Assembly: GCA_001949185.1 (NCBI GenBank)
Contig: BDGG01000015.1
Location: 625,036-689,035, forward strand
DNA: 64,000 nt
DNA from: Ramazzottius varieornatus
Lineage: Eukaryota; Animalia; Tardigrada
Direction of reading: 5' to 3'
Shown here: positions 1 to 17,947 of the stretch, in pieces
Numbering within the stretch: position 1 is the first letter of the stretch
How the letters are laid out: each line of letters begins with the position of its first letter
Made by a program: the position numbers and the translations under genes
Notes under the pieces: model-generated
Told to the model about the DNA's origin: nothing
The model's input: only the letters and a program-made list of their open reading frames with translations
The model's database searches: none

Positions 1-776
1 CTAGAAAAGACTCCGATAATTTTTTTATTTGGTCAACGGAAGAAAGTAAAACTTGATGGTCTCGCATCGATAAATCACTCACCGATATGCAGCACTAATA
101 AACACATTGCGTACCCAAGAAGCCGGAGGTTGTTTATGGTCTGGAAATGGACATCAACTTCAGATGGACATCAACAACATCAGATTAAAAGTACGCGCAA
201 GTTCAGAGAGAAAAAAATCTCCATTGATTAGAGGCATGAATGCGCAGTCATTCTTCGCCCCATTACTTCCGAAAATAAGATTTGGTAACTCGATCGTATA
301 AATTTTGCTCGTGATCTTCGAAGTGTCCAAGTGGACAAACATGCGGATTTGCTTCTCATTTTTCTGAAGCAAAATCGATCAACGATCGCATAACCGCCAG
401 TTAAAACTTTGTCGAGGTGATAATGGATCCGTCATTGCCTCGTTAAACCTTTCTGTTATGATAATCATATCCATCACCAAATTCTAATTTATTTCCGAGC
501 TTTCTACCGTCTGAGAATCTTTTAGCCTCTGTCAGACCCCGTCCAACCAAACAAAACGCCAGAAAATTCCAAACTCCCACAGAAGTGCTAAGAAACACAC
601 CATTTGCACAAGGGATTCGTCTTTGGTTCCTTCCAAGAACATTAAAGAATATTCTACCGCGAAACAAAAGCTTTATAATTTATATACTGTGTAACAATGA
701 AATTGTCCGACCGAAAAAATCTGGGAATCTAAGGTTGACAAAAGTAGTACTCAAAAAATCTTCCGTCCATCGGAAT

Positions 777-3700
777 CTACTCTTCCTCACAATCACCTTC
801 CTCGTTTTGGTCTCTTGGTCCTACATCATCACTTTCTCCATCTTCCTCACCTTCGACTTCTTGGACGCTCATACTAGCGTCCATCGTTTCCTTTCCAACA
901 CCTTCCCCCTCTTCCCCATCAGCCTCTTCCTCCTCACTTGACTCCTCATCACCATCTTCTTCTTCATCCTCCATGCCCTCCTCTTCCTCTTCGTCGGCGG
1001 GAACGTAGAAGCGTCGGTTGATGAAGGGCGAGGGCTTGGCTTGGACGTACATACCTTCACAGATGATCTCTTCATCGTCATCTTCCCGGTCTTCCTCTTG
1101 TCCCTCCTCTTGATCACTAGCCTCTTCGTTGTCATCTTGTTCGACTCCGCTGACATCAGATGCTTGAGCACTTCCTTCTGAGAAACCGAACAACACAAAA
1201 TTAACTAGCCAAGATCATTCAAGGATCGGCCAACAAGCGTGACAAGGATGCTCTTCCAAGTGGCGCACATTGTCACTGTGACTGACCAGAAGCGTGCGGC
1301 AATCGAGAAAAACAATCAAACTCGACAAGGTCAATTTTCCATGCGGCGCAGACTTCCGGCCAATAACACGGGAAATTTGCGCCACTTAGGAGAGCGGTCT
1401 AGCAGAATTTATTTCTCGAGCTGTTTATATTGTTGGAGTCTCATTGTTTAATCGTCATTTTTTGCTGGTTGACTACCTTCTTGATTGTCTTCTTGGTCTT
1501 CTTCCTCGTCTTCTTCGTCAGCGGTGGGGAGTGCGACGAAGCGGCCTTTTCCATCCCGCCACAGTCGCTGGCTGGCTCGCTTGGCTGACTCGTCTTTGGC
1601 GACTTCTTGTGCGTCCTGTTCTTCCTCCATACTCTCATCCGCTTCTTCGGGGGAGTTCTCGGAGCTGGAGACGTTAGGCAGTTCTGCTGCTTGAGAGCTG
1701 GGCAGGTCGACCAAGGCGTTGTCGGCGCTAAAGGCCTCTTCCAGAGACTGCATCAGCTCGTGGTCGTCATCGTCCTGCGACGCGCTGACGAAAGCTTTCA
1801 GCTGACTCAAGTAGTCCGTGTCGGAGTTTTCGTCGAAAACTTCACTGGAAGATGGCGCCAGGAAAGCCTGAAAAAAAATATTTCACCAAAATTTCAAAAC
1901 AAATTCAGAAACATTCGAATTTATTCTTGAGCTATTTCTGGAGACTGTAGAACTTTGGGAAAATTTTCTTACCATTGAGCTTCCGTCGAATTCCAGCGGA
2001 GGACTTTTGCGATGAACCTTCTTGACAAAAGAAGTTTCGGGAAATTCAGCACTTTCAGTTTCGCCATCTTCGGCGATTTCGTCGTAAGAAATCTCTCTAT
2101 CAGTGGAGAGTTCCTCCGTTACCGGGCCTGCTCTGTCCCTCTCCGTCATAGTCTTCTCCAGTTCCCTATCCTCAAAGTGACCCGCCAGAACTTCTTCACT
2201 TTTTTCCTCGTCACCCTCACCTGCGTCAATACCCAATTCAAACTCGTACCTCACAAACCTAAATTCACTTTCAAACTGTGGATAGCTGTTAGGAGAAGCT
2301 CGATCAGATCGTTTTACAAGTGGCGCACGGTTACAGTGAATAATACTGCAAATATGCGCCACTCAGCAAAGCATCTTGTCTAACTTATCTGCCGAGCTAC
2401 AATACAATCATTCGCAATGTATAACCCTATACTTCTCACTTCTTGACTTCACACGTATTACTTACCGTCTTCGTCCTCTTGGTCACGCTCTTCTTCCTCC
2501 TCTTTCAAGATCTCGTCACGGGAGACAGGACACTGCAGACTCTGAATGTTGGTTCCTTCCTCCCCTTCAGTCTCAGCTTCTTGTTGGCTACTGGCGACCA
2601 CCGCTTCCGCGTCGTCCTCTATTCCATCGTCCAACGTTGGCGTACTGACTGGCGAGTCGGGCGACACCAGCTCCACGTTCTCCTTGCCTTTCGCTGGCGA
2701 CTGTGAATTCGCCGCCAACTCCTCACCTTTCTGCATTTGCAACGGATTCTTCAAGCTGTCTTGATGCAACTCCGGCGTCATCTGGGCGTCGCTGTTCTCT
2801 TTCTCTGCCGAAGAAGCTTCCAAGCCTTTCTGACCGTTGAAGTTGAAGGACAAATCTTGAGGAAGATTCTCGGCAGAGTTGGCCTGCTCAGCCACGACAC
2901 TCGCTGCCACGATGGCCGGACTGCTGCGACTGCTGACACCTTCCACAAAACTCGAGTTCAAAACATCTGCAAAAAGACGAAAAAATTCAAAATCAAATGA
3001 GACATTAGGAAATGTACAGAACATGATCAGTATCTCAGGTGGCGCACTTGCACAGTGTCATTAGCTCACAACGTGCGCCTCTTGTAATAACCAGCCTGCT
3101 CGAGTTTAACTGCTCCACCAAGTGGCGCGCGTTTACGGTGTTGTCGGCTGAAAGTGGGTGCCACTTGGCGAAGCGATCGTGTTCAAGTCATCTGACGTCC
3201 AAAAAATTGAAAAAATATTCGGAGAATCATTTTACCGTGTGCTTTCTCGACCTCGACAGCGAGATCTTCCGCCATCACATCGCTCGGTTTGATCAAGGCT
3301 GATTGTATGGAAGTTGTGGGGCTCTTGACGGACGTGGAAATACGGCTAGCTCGGACTGATCGTCGAGGTGCGCGGAATGAGCGGCGGGAAGGCGAGTCAG
3401 CCTGTTGCCTCTCCAAAGCTTCTTTCTGTGTGGCGGTCCGAAATGGCAGCTGGAAGACGCTCTGCTTGCTGAAGGGAGCTTCTGATTTGCTGTCGGGTGG
3501 TGTGACACGGATAAACTTCTCCGGTTCGGCTGAAATTAAACATTTACTATGAAAAGGAACTTTCTCTTTCAGGTTGGAATTTTTGGGGGCTCTTTTACCG
3601 GTTTGTTCAGCGACGGTGACTTCCGAGTTAAGTTTGCGCTTCTGACCCGGCATGGCATAGTAATCGTAGTCGTCGACGTGCTCGTTTGCCAAAGGTGCAT

Positions 3701-4466
3701 CATCGGCCCACTGAGAACGAAATGCTATTAGTAAACGATAGAATTTAGGCTAACAATTAACTTTACAAACTCAACAAGATTGTCTTCCGAAGTGTTGCAC
3801 GTTGTCGATGTTGGTGGCTGAAAGCATGCGCCACTTGGAGAAAAGATCATGTCGAGTTTGATTGTATTCCCAAGTGGCGCACGTGTTCGTTGTTATTGGT
3901 TGGAGACATGCGCCACGTCCGCCACTCGATTTGGCTATCCATATCATGGTCGCGCTTACCTTCCACAAGAAGAGTGATCCGACTTTTGCAGCTATTCCAG
4001 AACCGTAACTCAACAGCCTAGAAGCGGCCTGAAAAACATACCCTAGTAAGCATCCTCAACGAACGATGATTCTCGGAACTCAGAACGAGCGGAAAAAACT
4101 CAGATAGGTAACGTAAATTTTGAACAGAATCAATCAAGAGGACAATCAAGGGGACACAAACAACTGTACATGTGAGACGTTGCCCAGCCATCCAGGCTCC
4201 TTTTCGCCCTGAGAAGACGAAACTTTCTCCTCGTATTCCATATATTCCAGCGGTCTCTTCGAGGATGATATTTCATTTCCATACTGTCCTCCGTTACATT
4301 CATCGTTCAAGCGGAATCGTTTTGTGGACTGTCCAGGGAAGTCGCGAAGTGGCGTCTGATGCATGGCTATTGTAAGGTAGTCGGTAGGCTTCAAAGTCCG
4401 CCACTTCGTAAAGTTTATCGCGATCCACTGGATCGTTTACATGAAGCTAGTTCCTCGGTTCGTCAC
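777..4466 (-). CDS. Multi-exon gene for an acidic, Glu/Asp/Ser-rich, probably disordered protein of unknown function (5' end not resolved)
   Basis: Chain of minus-strand acidic ORFs bounded by GT-AG sites: exons approx 4179-4466, 3960-4028, 3236-3710, 2466-2966, 1973-2285, 1477-1867, 777-1177 (TAG at 777-779). No recognisable domain. Confidence 0.6.
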
Positions 4467-4904
4467 CTACAAGAAACGAAATGAGGAAAAACGTACAGTA
4501 GAGTAACAGTTAACATTCTGAATAAAGAACGATTGCTTTTCCCGCGAGTCAACTGTCAGTCACACAAAACTCAGAATTATTTCCTCACCCGGCACCTATC
4601 ATGACCTATGTCGGTATCAGGGGTGGGCAAGGAAGGTGTAAAAAACCTGTGATTGCATGGGCGAACCCTCAAGGGCGGCCTCGCTTTCGGCATCGAAGTA
4701 AATTAATCAAACCGAATTCAAAACGGGGAGTCGGGGACCGCTGAGAGGCGGGGGGTATCAACCATGAATTTCGAGGTCAAACTCCGACTTAGATCAAGTC
4801 TTCTTCGGTCCCATCAGTCATCACTTCTCTCATCGGAGATTCGGAGTTCACGACGATAAGCAGGAGTCTGTGTATTTAGGTACGGAAGACAATCGATACC
4901 GAAG

Positions 4905-6659
4905 ATGAAGAAGGTGGACTGGGGATGGCAAGGAAAAGCAAAGACGCTGCAAGAACGTGGAGATTACCTGTTGAAGAATTACCCCATTCCGGCCGATATC
5001 ACCTTCGAGTTTGCGGACGACGATGCAAGAGTCGTCGATGAGGGAGCTGTTCCAGTGAAGAAGACTATTGCTGCTCATAAGTACGTGCAGCTTGAAGCGT
5101 CACCCCGATCAGACTGGACAGTACCGCGGCTTCCATATTTGCAAAGCAGATAAAGAAGGGACTGGCTATGTTGTTTTGCAGGTTCATACTGGCACTCGGA
5201 AGCGAAGTCTTTCACGCCATGTTCTACGGACCAGCAGCAGATGCCGCTTTAGCACGAGTACCCATACCGAAATATTCATAGGCGACTTTCGAGAAGCTGA
5301 TCACGTTCCTGTACACGGATAAATGCTCAAAGCCGTCGCGCCATACTGAAGCAATGGAGACGCTGCGATGTGCGTTGCAGTATGGCGTTCCGCACTTAGC
5401 CATGATCTGTAGGCCCATGGTCATCGGATTTTTACGGCATTACGCGTCGTGGCCGCCAGCTGAGCTGTGGGATCTTTTGGTCAAGGTACATTGGGCTCTG
5501 AAAGGCAGTTATAGAGGAATTAGGTCATGTGCATGACAATGCTGTATGTATAACCGAAAATCCCCTAGGCTCGTACTTTGGAGGAAAAGGAAATTGAGGA
5601 AGAGACACTTGGGGTCTTGGATGGCCAGGCAGCCAAAAATGCTGCGATCCTTGCCAGACTGTAATGTCACCAAAGAGCTGCTGGACGAATACATACGGCG
5701 CTCCGAGCTAAAGCTGGACGACGAGGAAGAGGTCGAGGTCTACAGAGCAGTTCGAAGGTAAGTTTGTACTGTGGTCAAGTTACGCATCCAAATGATGTAC
5801 AGGCGAACAAATGAATGGCTTGTAATGGCATAGGTGGGAGGCGAATAAGAAGTTATCCAGCGCGAAAAAGGCCACTCCCTCGGGCAAGACAGCTCCACGT
5901 CGTCCTCTTGGCGCAATGTAAAATCACGTGCGATTCCTGCTAATGACACCTGCCCAGCTGGCTGAAGGAGCCGTCAAGGTTTGTCTTGTACTGAGGAATG
6001 CCTATTGATATGACCTCAGACTTGACGTCTTTCAGGATCGTGTCTTCACCGGCGAACAAGTGTCCTTGCTGTTCGAGAAGAAGTTTTCCACGACCGAGCA
6101 GTTGGAAGATCCGTCGAATATCGTCACAGTCTTCTCCAAGAAACATCGCACTTCGCGCAAAGCGGTGGAGCTAGGTCAGATTAGCATAGAAGCCAGCTGG
6201 AAATTTAGCACGGGTAAAGTGACGAAAGAAAAGCAGGCCTACAAATTTTGCATTGTGCCGGACAAGTCGGCTTGTCCGGTGACTGCGCAGCGCTTTCTGT
6301 CGCTGTGTGGCAAAGGCTACCCTTTTTCCATCGTTTGGCATTCCTCGGAAATTATTGGCAGCACGCAGCAACAAGTGACTGCCAGCATCAACCCAGATTT
6401 GCGCTACCCCTATCCCCTTCGTGCTACAGAGAATAAATTATCGCATGATTCAGGTGGTACTGTGGCCCTTCGCATTGGCCTGCTACCTGTTGGTTATTCA
6501 ATGTTCCAACTGATCATTTCCCCGAACGAGCAAAAAGAACAAGACCTTCTAGGAGCTGTGGTTTTCGGAAGACTACAGCGATGGGACAAAGACCTTTGCG
6601 ACGGAACTTCCCGTGATGTCGAACCAAATTCAGTGGACCGTCAAGAGTTCAGTTGTTGA
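4905..6659 (+). pseudogene. BTB/POZ-BACK protein with a C-terminal degenerate cyclophilin-like domain; disabled
   Basis: Exons approx 4905-5080, 5182-5485, 5569-5757, ~5834-5978, 6036-6659. BTB motifs WQGKAKTLQERGDYLL..ADITF..IAAHK|FILALGSEVFHAMFYG..TFEKLITFLYTD; BACK-like EVEVYRAVRRW..VRFLLMT; cyclophilin-like CPVTAQRFLSLC..ENKLSHDSGGTVAL..VVFGRL. In-frame TAG 5279-5281, TAA 5919-5921 and a frameshift near 5635. Confidence 0.7.
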
Positions 6660-7243
6660 AGATTCGTACGACGACTGATGTCACTGTCTCTACTTGTGCT
6701 TATCTTTACTGCTGTGCAGTTGTTCTACGAGCTTGATTAGTTTTACTTGATAGTTCTGTGCTGTACCCGGATACTACCGTCAGAGTCCACTACTACTGCT
6801 ACTGTATTATAAGTACTGTGCTATACTTGTGCCCGTACCTTGTGAGTTTTCGTAATGGCGGTAATTTCGCCTGTAAAAACCAGCCGTCTTCGTCGGAAGC
6901 CTTGGAAGGACGTTATGGCAGTGTCGCCCTTGTAAACTGATGCGCCTCGGTACACAATTTTTATATATTGACTTTTTAGCAGCCTTACTGTACTGACCAA
7001 TAAATGGACATATCGTTTTAAGAAGTCAAAACACCAAGGCCAATCCGGGCCTTGAATGGCCTGAGAAGAAAATGCTGAACAATTCGAAACTAAAAACCTC
7101 AAAACACCATCTGAAACAAGAACTAGAAAGAGGCGGAAAAAAACCCGGTAACTTGTAGCGCACATACGGTAGTATTTCAGTAAAGCCCATCTTTCATCTG
7201 CCTACGTAATCTCGCAAAACTTAAATCACTTAAAAACAGCCCG

Positions 7244-11306
<4,063 letters not shown>

Positions 11307-12479
11307 CACGAAAGGTGTCTCTGAATCACCCAGATCCGAGAACAACGCACAGCTGCTCCTTCGCGATCATCCTGAATGCTGCACAGTGTTTCAAGTGCAG
11401 CCTTGATTCGGGAACATCTGGGAATTTACAGAGCGTATTAAAATCGGTTCACACGGACGGAAGAGACAACGACGACGATCGCGATGAGAAATGTCAGAAA
11501 AAAATTCTGCTTATGAGTCATGAAAAAAAATTGTTTTTTACTCACAGCCAGTGCATGACGTAAAAACTAACGAGTGGGTGGCGCATACCAAAGTTTCCTT
11601 TAGGCAAGTACCACTAATCAGTAGACCTAATCAGTCTCAACGGACTGGATGATCTCGAAACAGTCCTTCCCCCCCCCCCCAAATTCACATTCGAGTGACA
11701 CTGTCATTAGGCTTGGCGCAGGCAATTTAATTTAAGTTAAACCATTTCTGGAAATGGGCAATTTTCACCGTAATTGCCCGAAATTAACCGAAGTTTGCCC
11801 ATACAGTAGTTGCCCGAAGTTACCTGGACTTCTATAATACCCGTCCGACCTATTGTGACACATTTTGAGCCTTCTCGGTAGCGCCCACAAACAAGACGTG
11901 TCTAAGCCTGTGAGCGTATGGAGGTCATTCTCTTGAAAACGCGTGTCGAAAACTGGCACAGAACGGTTTTAAAATTTCGGTCGAGTAATTTCCTGGTACG
12001 CTACGGACTTTTTTCTTTCGTTCATATGCTTATTCATTACCAGTTGCACTTGCTGTCATCCAGTCTGTGTGTAAGGACGGAGCCGACAAGAGCACGATCT
12101 GGATATGAGTGGTCGTGGAAGATAGCAGAGGGGCCGGGCCGCAACGAGCTCTACGTCACGTGGAACCCGCGGAACCCGTGGAGCCGCCAAGTCGTCCGTA
12201 CGTGGTGGTACCGCAGCAAGCCCACCAGTTAGACTCCGGGTGCGACGGCGTGGAGGAGATGGATCCGATGAACCACTGGAGGACCCACTCTCAAATTCAG
12301 GTTCGCCATAGCTGGGCGGGGCGCCCAGCAACGAAGGATCGCCGCCGCCGCCCAAGCCTACTCCTCGAAAAACAGGTCAGCGCCAAAAGGTGTCAAGAAA
12401 TCGAATTGGCACCACCGGAAGCGAGTGACCATCGCGCAAGCGCGCCAAACAGGGACCAACGAAGGGCGTAACGCGATCT

Positions 12480-15400
12480 AAGGTGTAGGATTCTCTCGTC
12501 CGGATTGATGACAAGACCTGTCAGTGTACCGACTGCGACGGTGTTATCAACAGTAACACAGGAACGATGCGGTACCACGCGCAAACCCATGGTCACCGTT
12601 TCGGCACACCCTCTGCAAAAGATCGCCGGGCTACCAGCATACGCTTTGCGGACAAACAGGTGCTAGATGACAAACTTCTAAAGTGGATCATCAACAGCTT
12701 CGTCCATTTTCGTACCACATCGGATTACTACTTTCAGGATTACTCCGGTAGGAGCGAGTCTTAGTTGCAATGTGATCTCAGAAGTGAAGCAGGACAGGCA
12801 AATAGTAATCGGTCCTTTTTCCAAGAACTGCGCGGCCAGGATATTATCCCCTGGGACGGCACGCGATCAGTATAACCATCAAAGAAATGTTTGACAAAGA
12901 GAGAGAAGAACTGCGAACCAAATTAGCGCAGAATGATTCCGGCGTGGCTGTCACTCTAGATTACTGGCCGAGTAAGCTGGCTTCTTTGACCATCACGGGC
13001 ACGTGGGTAGATGCAGACTTCGTGCTGCACAATGGAGTGCTGGACTTCGTACAGGTCTCTCATCCTCGTACCGGCGAAGCCACATTTCAAGTCATGAAAC
13101 AAACATTCCTGTACTACAACATTGCCCAAAGAGTCATCGCCATCACAACCGACAATGCTGCTAACCTGGGATCGGCCAGGGAGTTGCTAAGTAACGAATT
13201 CCCCAACATCTTTCACGTACCGTGCGCGGCTCATGTGCTGCATTTAACTGTGCGCCCCGGCATAGATGAGATGAAAACGACCATAGACAAGATCAGAGTC
13301 GTCTCTAGACGAGCAGGACGTGAAGCCGCATTTCAGAGGTTTATAGAGATCCAGAACGAAATCTACATCGATCAAACACCAGTTTTGATTCCAATTGACG
13401 TGGAGACCAGGTGGAATTCGACCTACGACATGCTAGCATTTGCATTGACCTTGCGAGAAGCAGTAGATCAGTTCACACTGTAAACGAGTTCGAATGGACC
13501 GAAATCGAACAGTTTGTTGACTACTCGGTAGTGATGTTTTAATATAGTAATATTATATTGAAGTAGATGATAGTAGATGGTTTGAGCATCTACTATATTT
13601 AGTAATATTTACATGCCAGCTGAGCTTCCCATGAAGTTACGTTTTGCCCTGATTGACATCAGCACATCCACATAGTGAATGGTCATATCAGAGCGGAAAC
13701 AAAGGACCAATTATTCTTGATAGTCCACACAAAAACAAAGAACAGTATTTATCAGAATCTGCACCCGACTCTATTTGGTTCTGGATTCTGTGTCCGGTTT
13801 CTCAGTGTTGTACGGCTAACTCCATGCAGCCTCCAGCACCTTTGAGGCTCTGCCCATTCTTCACATCGTGGAGAGCTGCATCCACCGATAGCTCCTTGAG
13901 TACCTGAGATGCTGTCTTCAGCTTAGATAGGGAAGGCATGGTTGGGAGATGGAATATCACACAAAGGGAAGGAGGAAGTAATTGGAAAACTGGCAATGTG
14001 GTATTGCATCAGACCATCTCGACCATGCGAAATTACGTCCTCAAGTAGGCTTCAAGCTGCCTATCAGTTGTAAAACCCAGACCCATGTTAAAACCAAGTT
14101 TGTGACGTACAGCAATTGTTAATCACGACGACTCAAGCGCCTCTGGTGGCCTCACTCACCTCGATTTTGCAGGCTTTTTAACATTAGGAAGACCCTTCCC
14201 TTTTTGAGACCTCCTTTAACAAGTTCTGACCATCCGATGTTCTTGAGACTACAAAGTGCGATAGATAAAGGGATCATCTATCTTGAAAACCAAACATAGG
14301 GTCAATCTATCCAGTGACTATGCTGTCCAAATTGTGACGCGAAATTTGCTGTGTCCGAATAAAGTCCTCTACCTCGTACCACTGATTCGAAAAACTGGTT
14401 GATTTGCTGAGTTCTGATGCGTATGCGTTGGTTTCTCGATGTACGACCACGCCTTATAAAGTGCGCCACATCATAATGATGCATCTACAGCAGCACAGTA
14501 GGGCTACTGCAAAATAAATACCTTTAAACACCTGCATACAGTCTGACACTCCAACCAGCCATGTTACAGTGTACCGGTGCAGGGTGCAGGGTGCAAGCTG
14601 TACAGTATCTGATGGTTGTGATTCTGATCTTCAGATCTTCCGTCGAGCTCTCCGATATTAAAATGTATTCTAATAATAAAGCCCCGAAAGTTCTACCAAA
14701 GTTATATTTCATGAAATCAGGTAGACGTTTTACTATAGTAGTGGTCACTCATTCGAACTTTGATGGACGCCGGATCTAGATTACCCCATATTAGAAAATC
14801 ACTTGGGAAAGTGTGCTACAGCAAAAAATGAGTTGTTTTTCCACCAGTCCGCCACGTGTCCGTTAGCCTATCCATTTACAAATGAAATTGACCGCCACCT
14901 TGAAGAGAATGGTATGTAATGCAGCGCTGGTTCAGACTGGTTTGTGATCTTATCATGCCAAAGCAAAATTAAGACACATTTCCTATGCTTACTAGAACAT
15001 ATCGAAATACAATATGCGGCGAAGGCCATGAGACTGAAGTTCAGAAAGTACAGGGATCGTATGGGCGGAATCGAAAGCAAAGTGGCTGTGATGTTAGATC
15101 CCCGCTTTAAAGCACAAATGTTCCCAAACGACGAGGATCTGCGCGAAGATGTCCTCAAGAAGGCCAACGAATTTCTTAATGCAGTCAGGGATGCCCCTCC
15201 CCCTGCCGCAACCAAGAAGTCCAAGTTGCTCTCCCAGATAGCTCTCGAGAGGCTACGAGAAATCGCGTCTTCAAGCAGCATAGCAAACGAGGAAATCGAC
15301 GAGTACCTGAACGAGTCGGTCGTGTCATCGCACACAAAGCTGCTGGATTAATGGAAGCGGAACAAGAACCGGCTCCCGAAGCTGTCTATTGTGGCGGGGA

Positions 15401-15705
15401 ACCTGTCCGCAGTCAACCCGACTTCAACGGCGTCCGAACAAGTTCGTAGCCTGGGCCGAATGCTCATAGCGTACACCCGGACCAGGATCGACGCAACCAC
15501 TGTAAGGGCTTCCATCCTCCTTAAGAGTTGGATGAGACCAGCTGAGTTGCCAACACTGAACAACAGGCAGGACGAAGGCCTGAACGGTGAAGCCGACGAG
15601 GACGTCGAGATGGGGATGGAACATCTGTTCGAGCCTTTTAAATATGCCTTTGTCTGTTTCGGGTTCGCAGAAAACTTTGCAGTAGTTTTTCAGTCAAGTT
15701 TGTAG
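12480..15705 (+). mobile_element. Decayed hAT-superfamily transposase, interrupted by stops, introns and nested fragments
   Basis: ORF 12887-13483 has VTLDYW, ITTDNAAN, CAAHVLHL and DVETRWNSTYDML; 14944-15705 has MLDPRFK and the hAT dimerisation motif (W...K.RLPKLS..PTSTASEQ). Termini not established. Confidence 0.85.
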
Positions 15706-16029
15706 CTAGTTTTGGAAAACGATGAGTTTTCCGGCGCTGAGTTGAAGTATGAATGAATGAGAACTTCGAACCGGCGTGTACTATGTCGGACTGCGCGGAC
15801 CACGTGACTAGGCTTATGCTACAGAGCCTGCAAATGCTGCATGACCTAGTCTTTCACTGTGTCACGCTTTTACTTGTACTTAAAGCTTTCGTTCGAACAG
15901 CGCAGATCACGTGATCTGATCTATACTATAAAGCCTGCAAAGGTTGCATGACCTGGTCTGCTTTGATCTTGCCTTGCTTACCCTGTATAATCGTCTTTGC
16001 GGCCATGTAAAATCATTAGCTTCGACCGG

Positions 16030-16830
16030 CCATATTGTATTCAACAAATCGCTCTCTCCTGAATCCCGCCTACTCAAAACAGAAAATATGAACCAGGTTC
16101 TTACCCGCTGTCTCAATGCCCTTCTGGGAGTTAGGCGAACCTCACCTGATCACGGGGTATCACCTAACAGTCTGCTTCCGCTGAGCTTTCAAGTTGCCGA
16201 GATGACCGTGCAGTTCTATATGTAAACAGCTCGCTCGTCGGTGGACGAGGTTGAAGTTTATGCCTTAAAGCAGATCCTAGCCGACCGTAAGTTACGGAGA
16301 ACCATATACAAACGCTTCTTGCAGCCTGTTTTCGGGCCAAATGGCTGAGACTCTGAAGAGGTCTCGATGGCGAGAATATCCTGCTTTAATCACTCAGAGT
16401 TCTTCGCATTAGCCAAGAACCAGTTTTTGCAGCCATTCACGGAATGGTTGCTCTCTCATCAAAGCTCGACCTTCTTGTGAAAGTTCCTGTTGGACTAACG
16501 CACACATTCTGCCGCGTTCTTTTGTCATCGTTCAATCTATCAGTTGAAACGGGTCGATGGGGATCATCCACCACTCGCGTTCACCGGGAAGACCGGAAGT
16601 GCCGTCTCTGCTTAGTCGGAATCGAGGACATACCGCATTTTATGACTAAATGTCTTCTCTTTGACGGTCCTCGTCGAGACATTACAGGCGACATCTGCGA
16701 ACTCGGGTTCTCGAGCTGTATGGATTTAGTCCCCTGCCTGTTGCGCTGTCTAACCGCTGCACACGTGCCTGCTTGTCTGCTATTCGCAAAGTTCTTCCAT
16801 AAAGTCTTGGGTCATCCTGTTGTCGCCAGA
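16030..16830 (+). mobile_element. 3' fragment of a non-LTR retrotransposon (LINE) ORF2, post-RT zinc-knuckle region
   Basis: LSSFNLSVETGRW..REDRKCRLCLVGIEDIPHFMTKC matches the C-terminal CxxC..H...C motif typical of invertebrate LINE ORF2; stops upstream. Confidence 0.7.
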
Positions 16831-17947
16831 GCATGCTCAAAAACTATCTATCAAACTCCTTCACTGGCGATCAGTAGCTCACGGCACACCTGCATGCCTC
16901 TGATAGCGCTTCCGCGCTCTTCGCACTCACGGCTACGTGACTATTGGACAGATGACCGGACATAGGAAGTAAGCAAATGCTATTTTCAGATTATGAATTT
17001 CCCCTTCAGCATGTTTGGATGAATGAGTGGAGCCTATGCTCCTTACCAAATGCCTGAGCTGAGCACGGGATTTCCCATGGGTTTCCCGCTGGGATACCCA
17101 TTTGGCTTTTCCCTCGGTCCGTCAATGGGTATGCCTCTGCTGGGGACTCTCACTCAACCGAGATTCGATGAATGACTGACTCTGCAGAGGATGACAGCGA
17201 GCCAACAAGCCACTGCACCGACCCAGCCAGCTTTTTCACCTCCTAACCCTCCCACTCCGGCCATCAACCCAGCCACGAGTGTGGACCAGCTCAACCCTCA
17301 AACCGGGAACGTCGAAGCCAGTCGGACATGGACATGGACGAGTGAACACCTGGACCATGTCGGAAAGAACGCTCCCTCATTCCTTGTTTAGTGGTTAGCT
17401 CCCCCTGCTATGGTTGTGCATTCTTTCCACCTCTTTCCTAGTGCCTGATCTCGGATTGTAATTTCTGTGTGTCGATCCTCTGAAGTTAGTCTCGATCGCT
17501 TCCACTTGCCAAGGCTGTTATTTCCGTAATTACTCTATGTTTCGTTATCCTCTGACGATCGAGGAAGCCGTCGACTAGATTGTCGAGGCTCAATGAATCT
17601 ATCTACCTAGAAACCTGGGAAAATTACTTTGATCCTTTATTCCCTAGACAGAGATCGACACGATTTTATTACAAAGCTCCGTTGTTCCGATCGAGAAGCC
17701 ACAATCACTAATTGCCCGGATCGTTCGGAAATTTGGGCGTTCAGGAACAACTTCCTTGTTTTGACCACAAAGCTACCAAAAGGGAGTCAGAGGCTCGAGG
17801 CCAATTCTACGTTTTCCACGAAGTAAGTAAATTAACACATCAGTGGAGAAAGAAGCAAACAGTACAAACGCAAGACCGATTCAGAGTAATTTACATTATC
17901 GGTCGGAGCACACAACAACTATCGAGATCCGGAATGCAGTAGGAATA

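Noticed and set aside
6772-7174. Possible TA-flanked MITE between the BTB and Ack 3' ends
   Set aside because: Only ~9 bp of inverted match (TACTACCGT/ACGGTAGTA), which is insufficient.
11708-12360. TAGGCTTGG..CCAAGCCTA as the TIR pair of the hAT element
   Set aside because: There is no matching 8-bp TSD and the transposase lies outside the pair. 11708 may be a left end, but the right end was not found.
13650-14500. Fragments resembling an HTH-psq (VDAALHDVKNGQSLKGA) and other transposase pieces inside the hAT gene
   Set aside because: Too short and degraded to assign.
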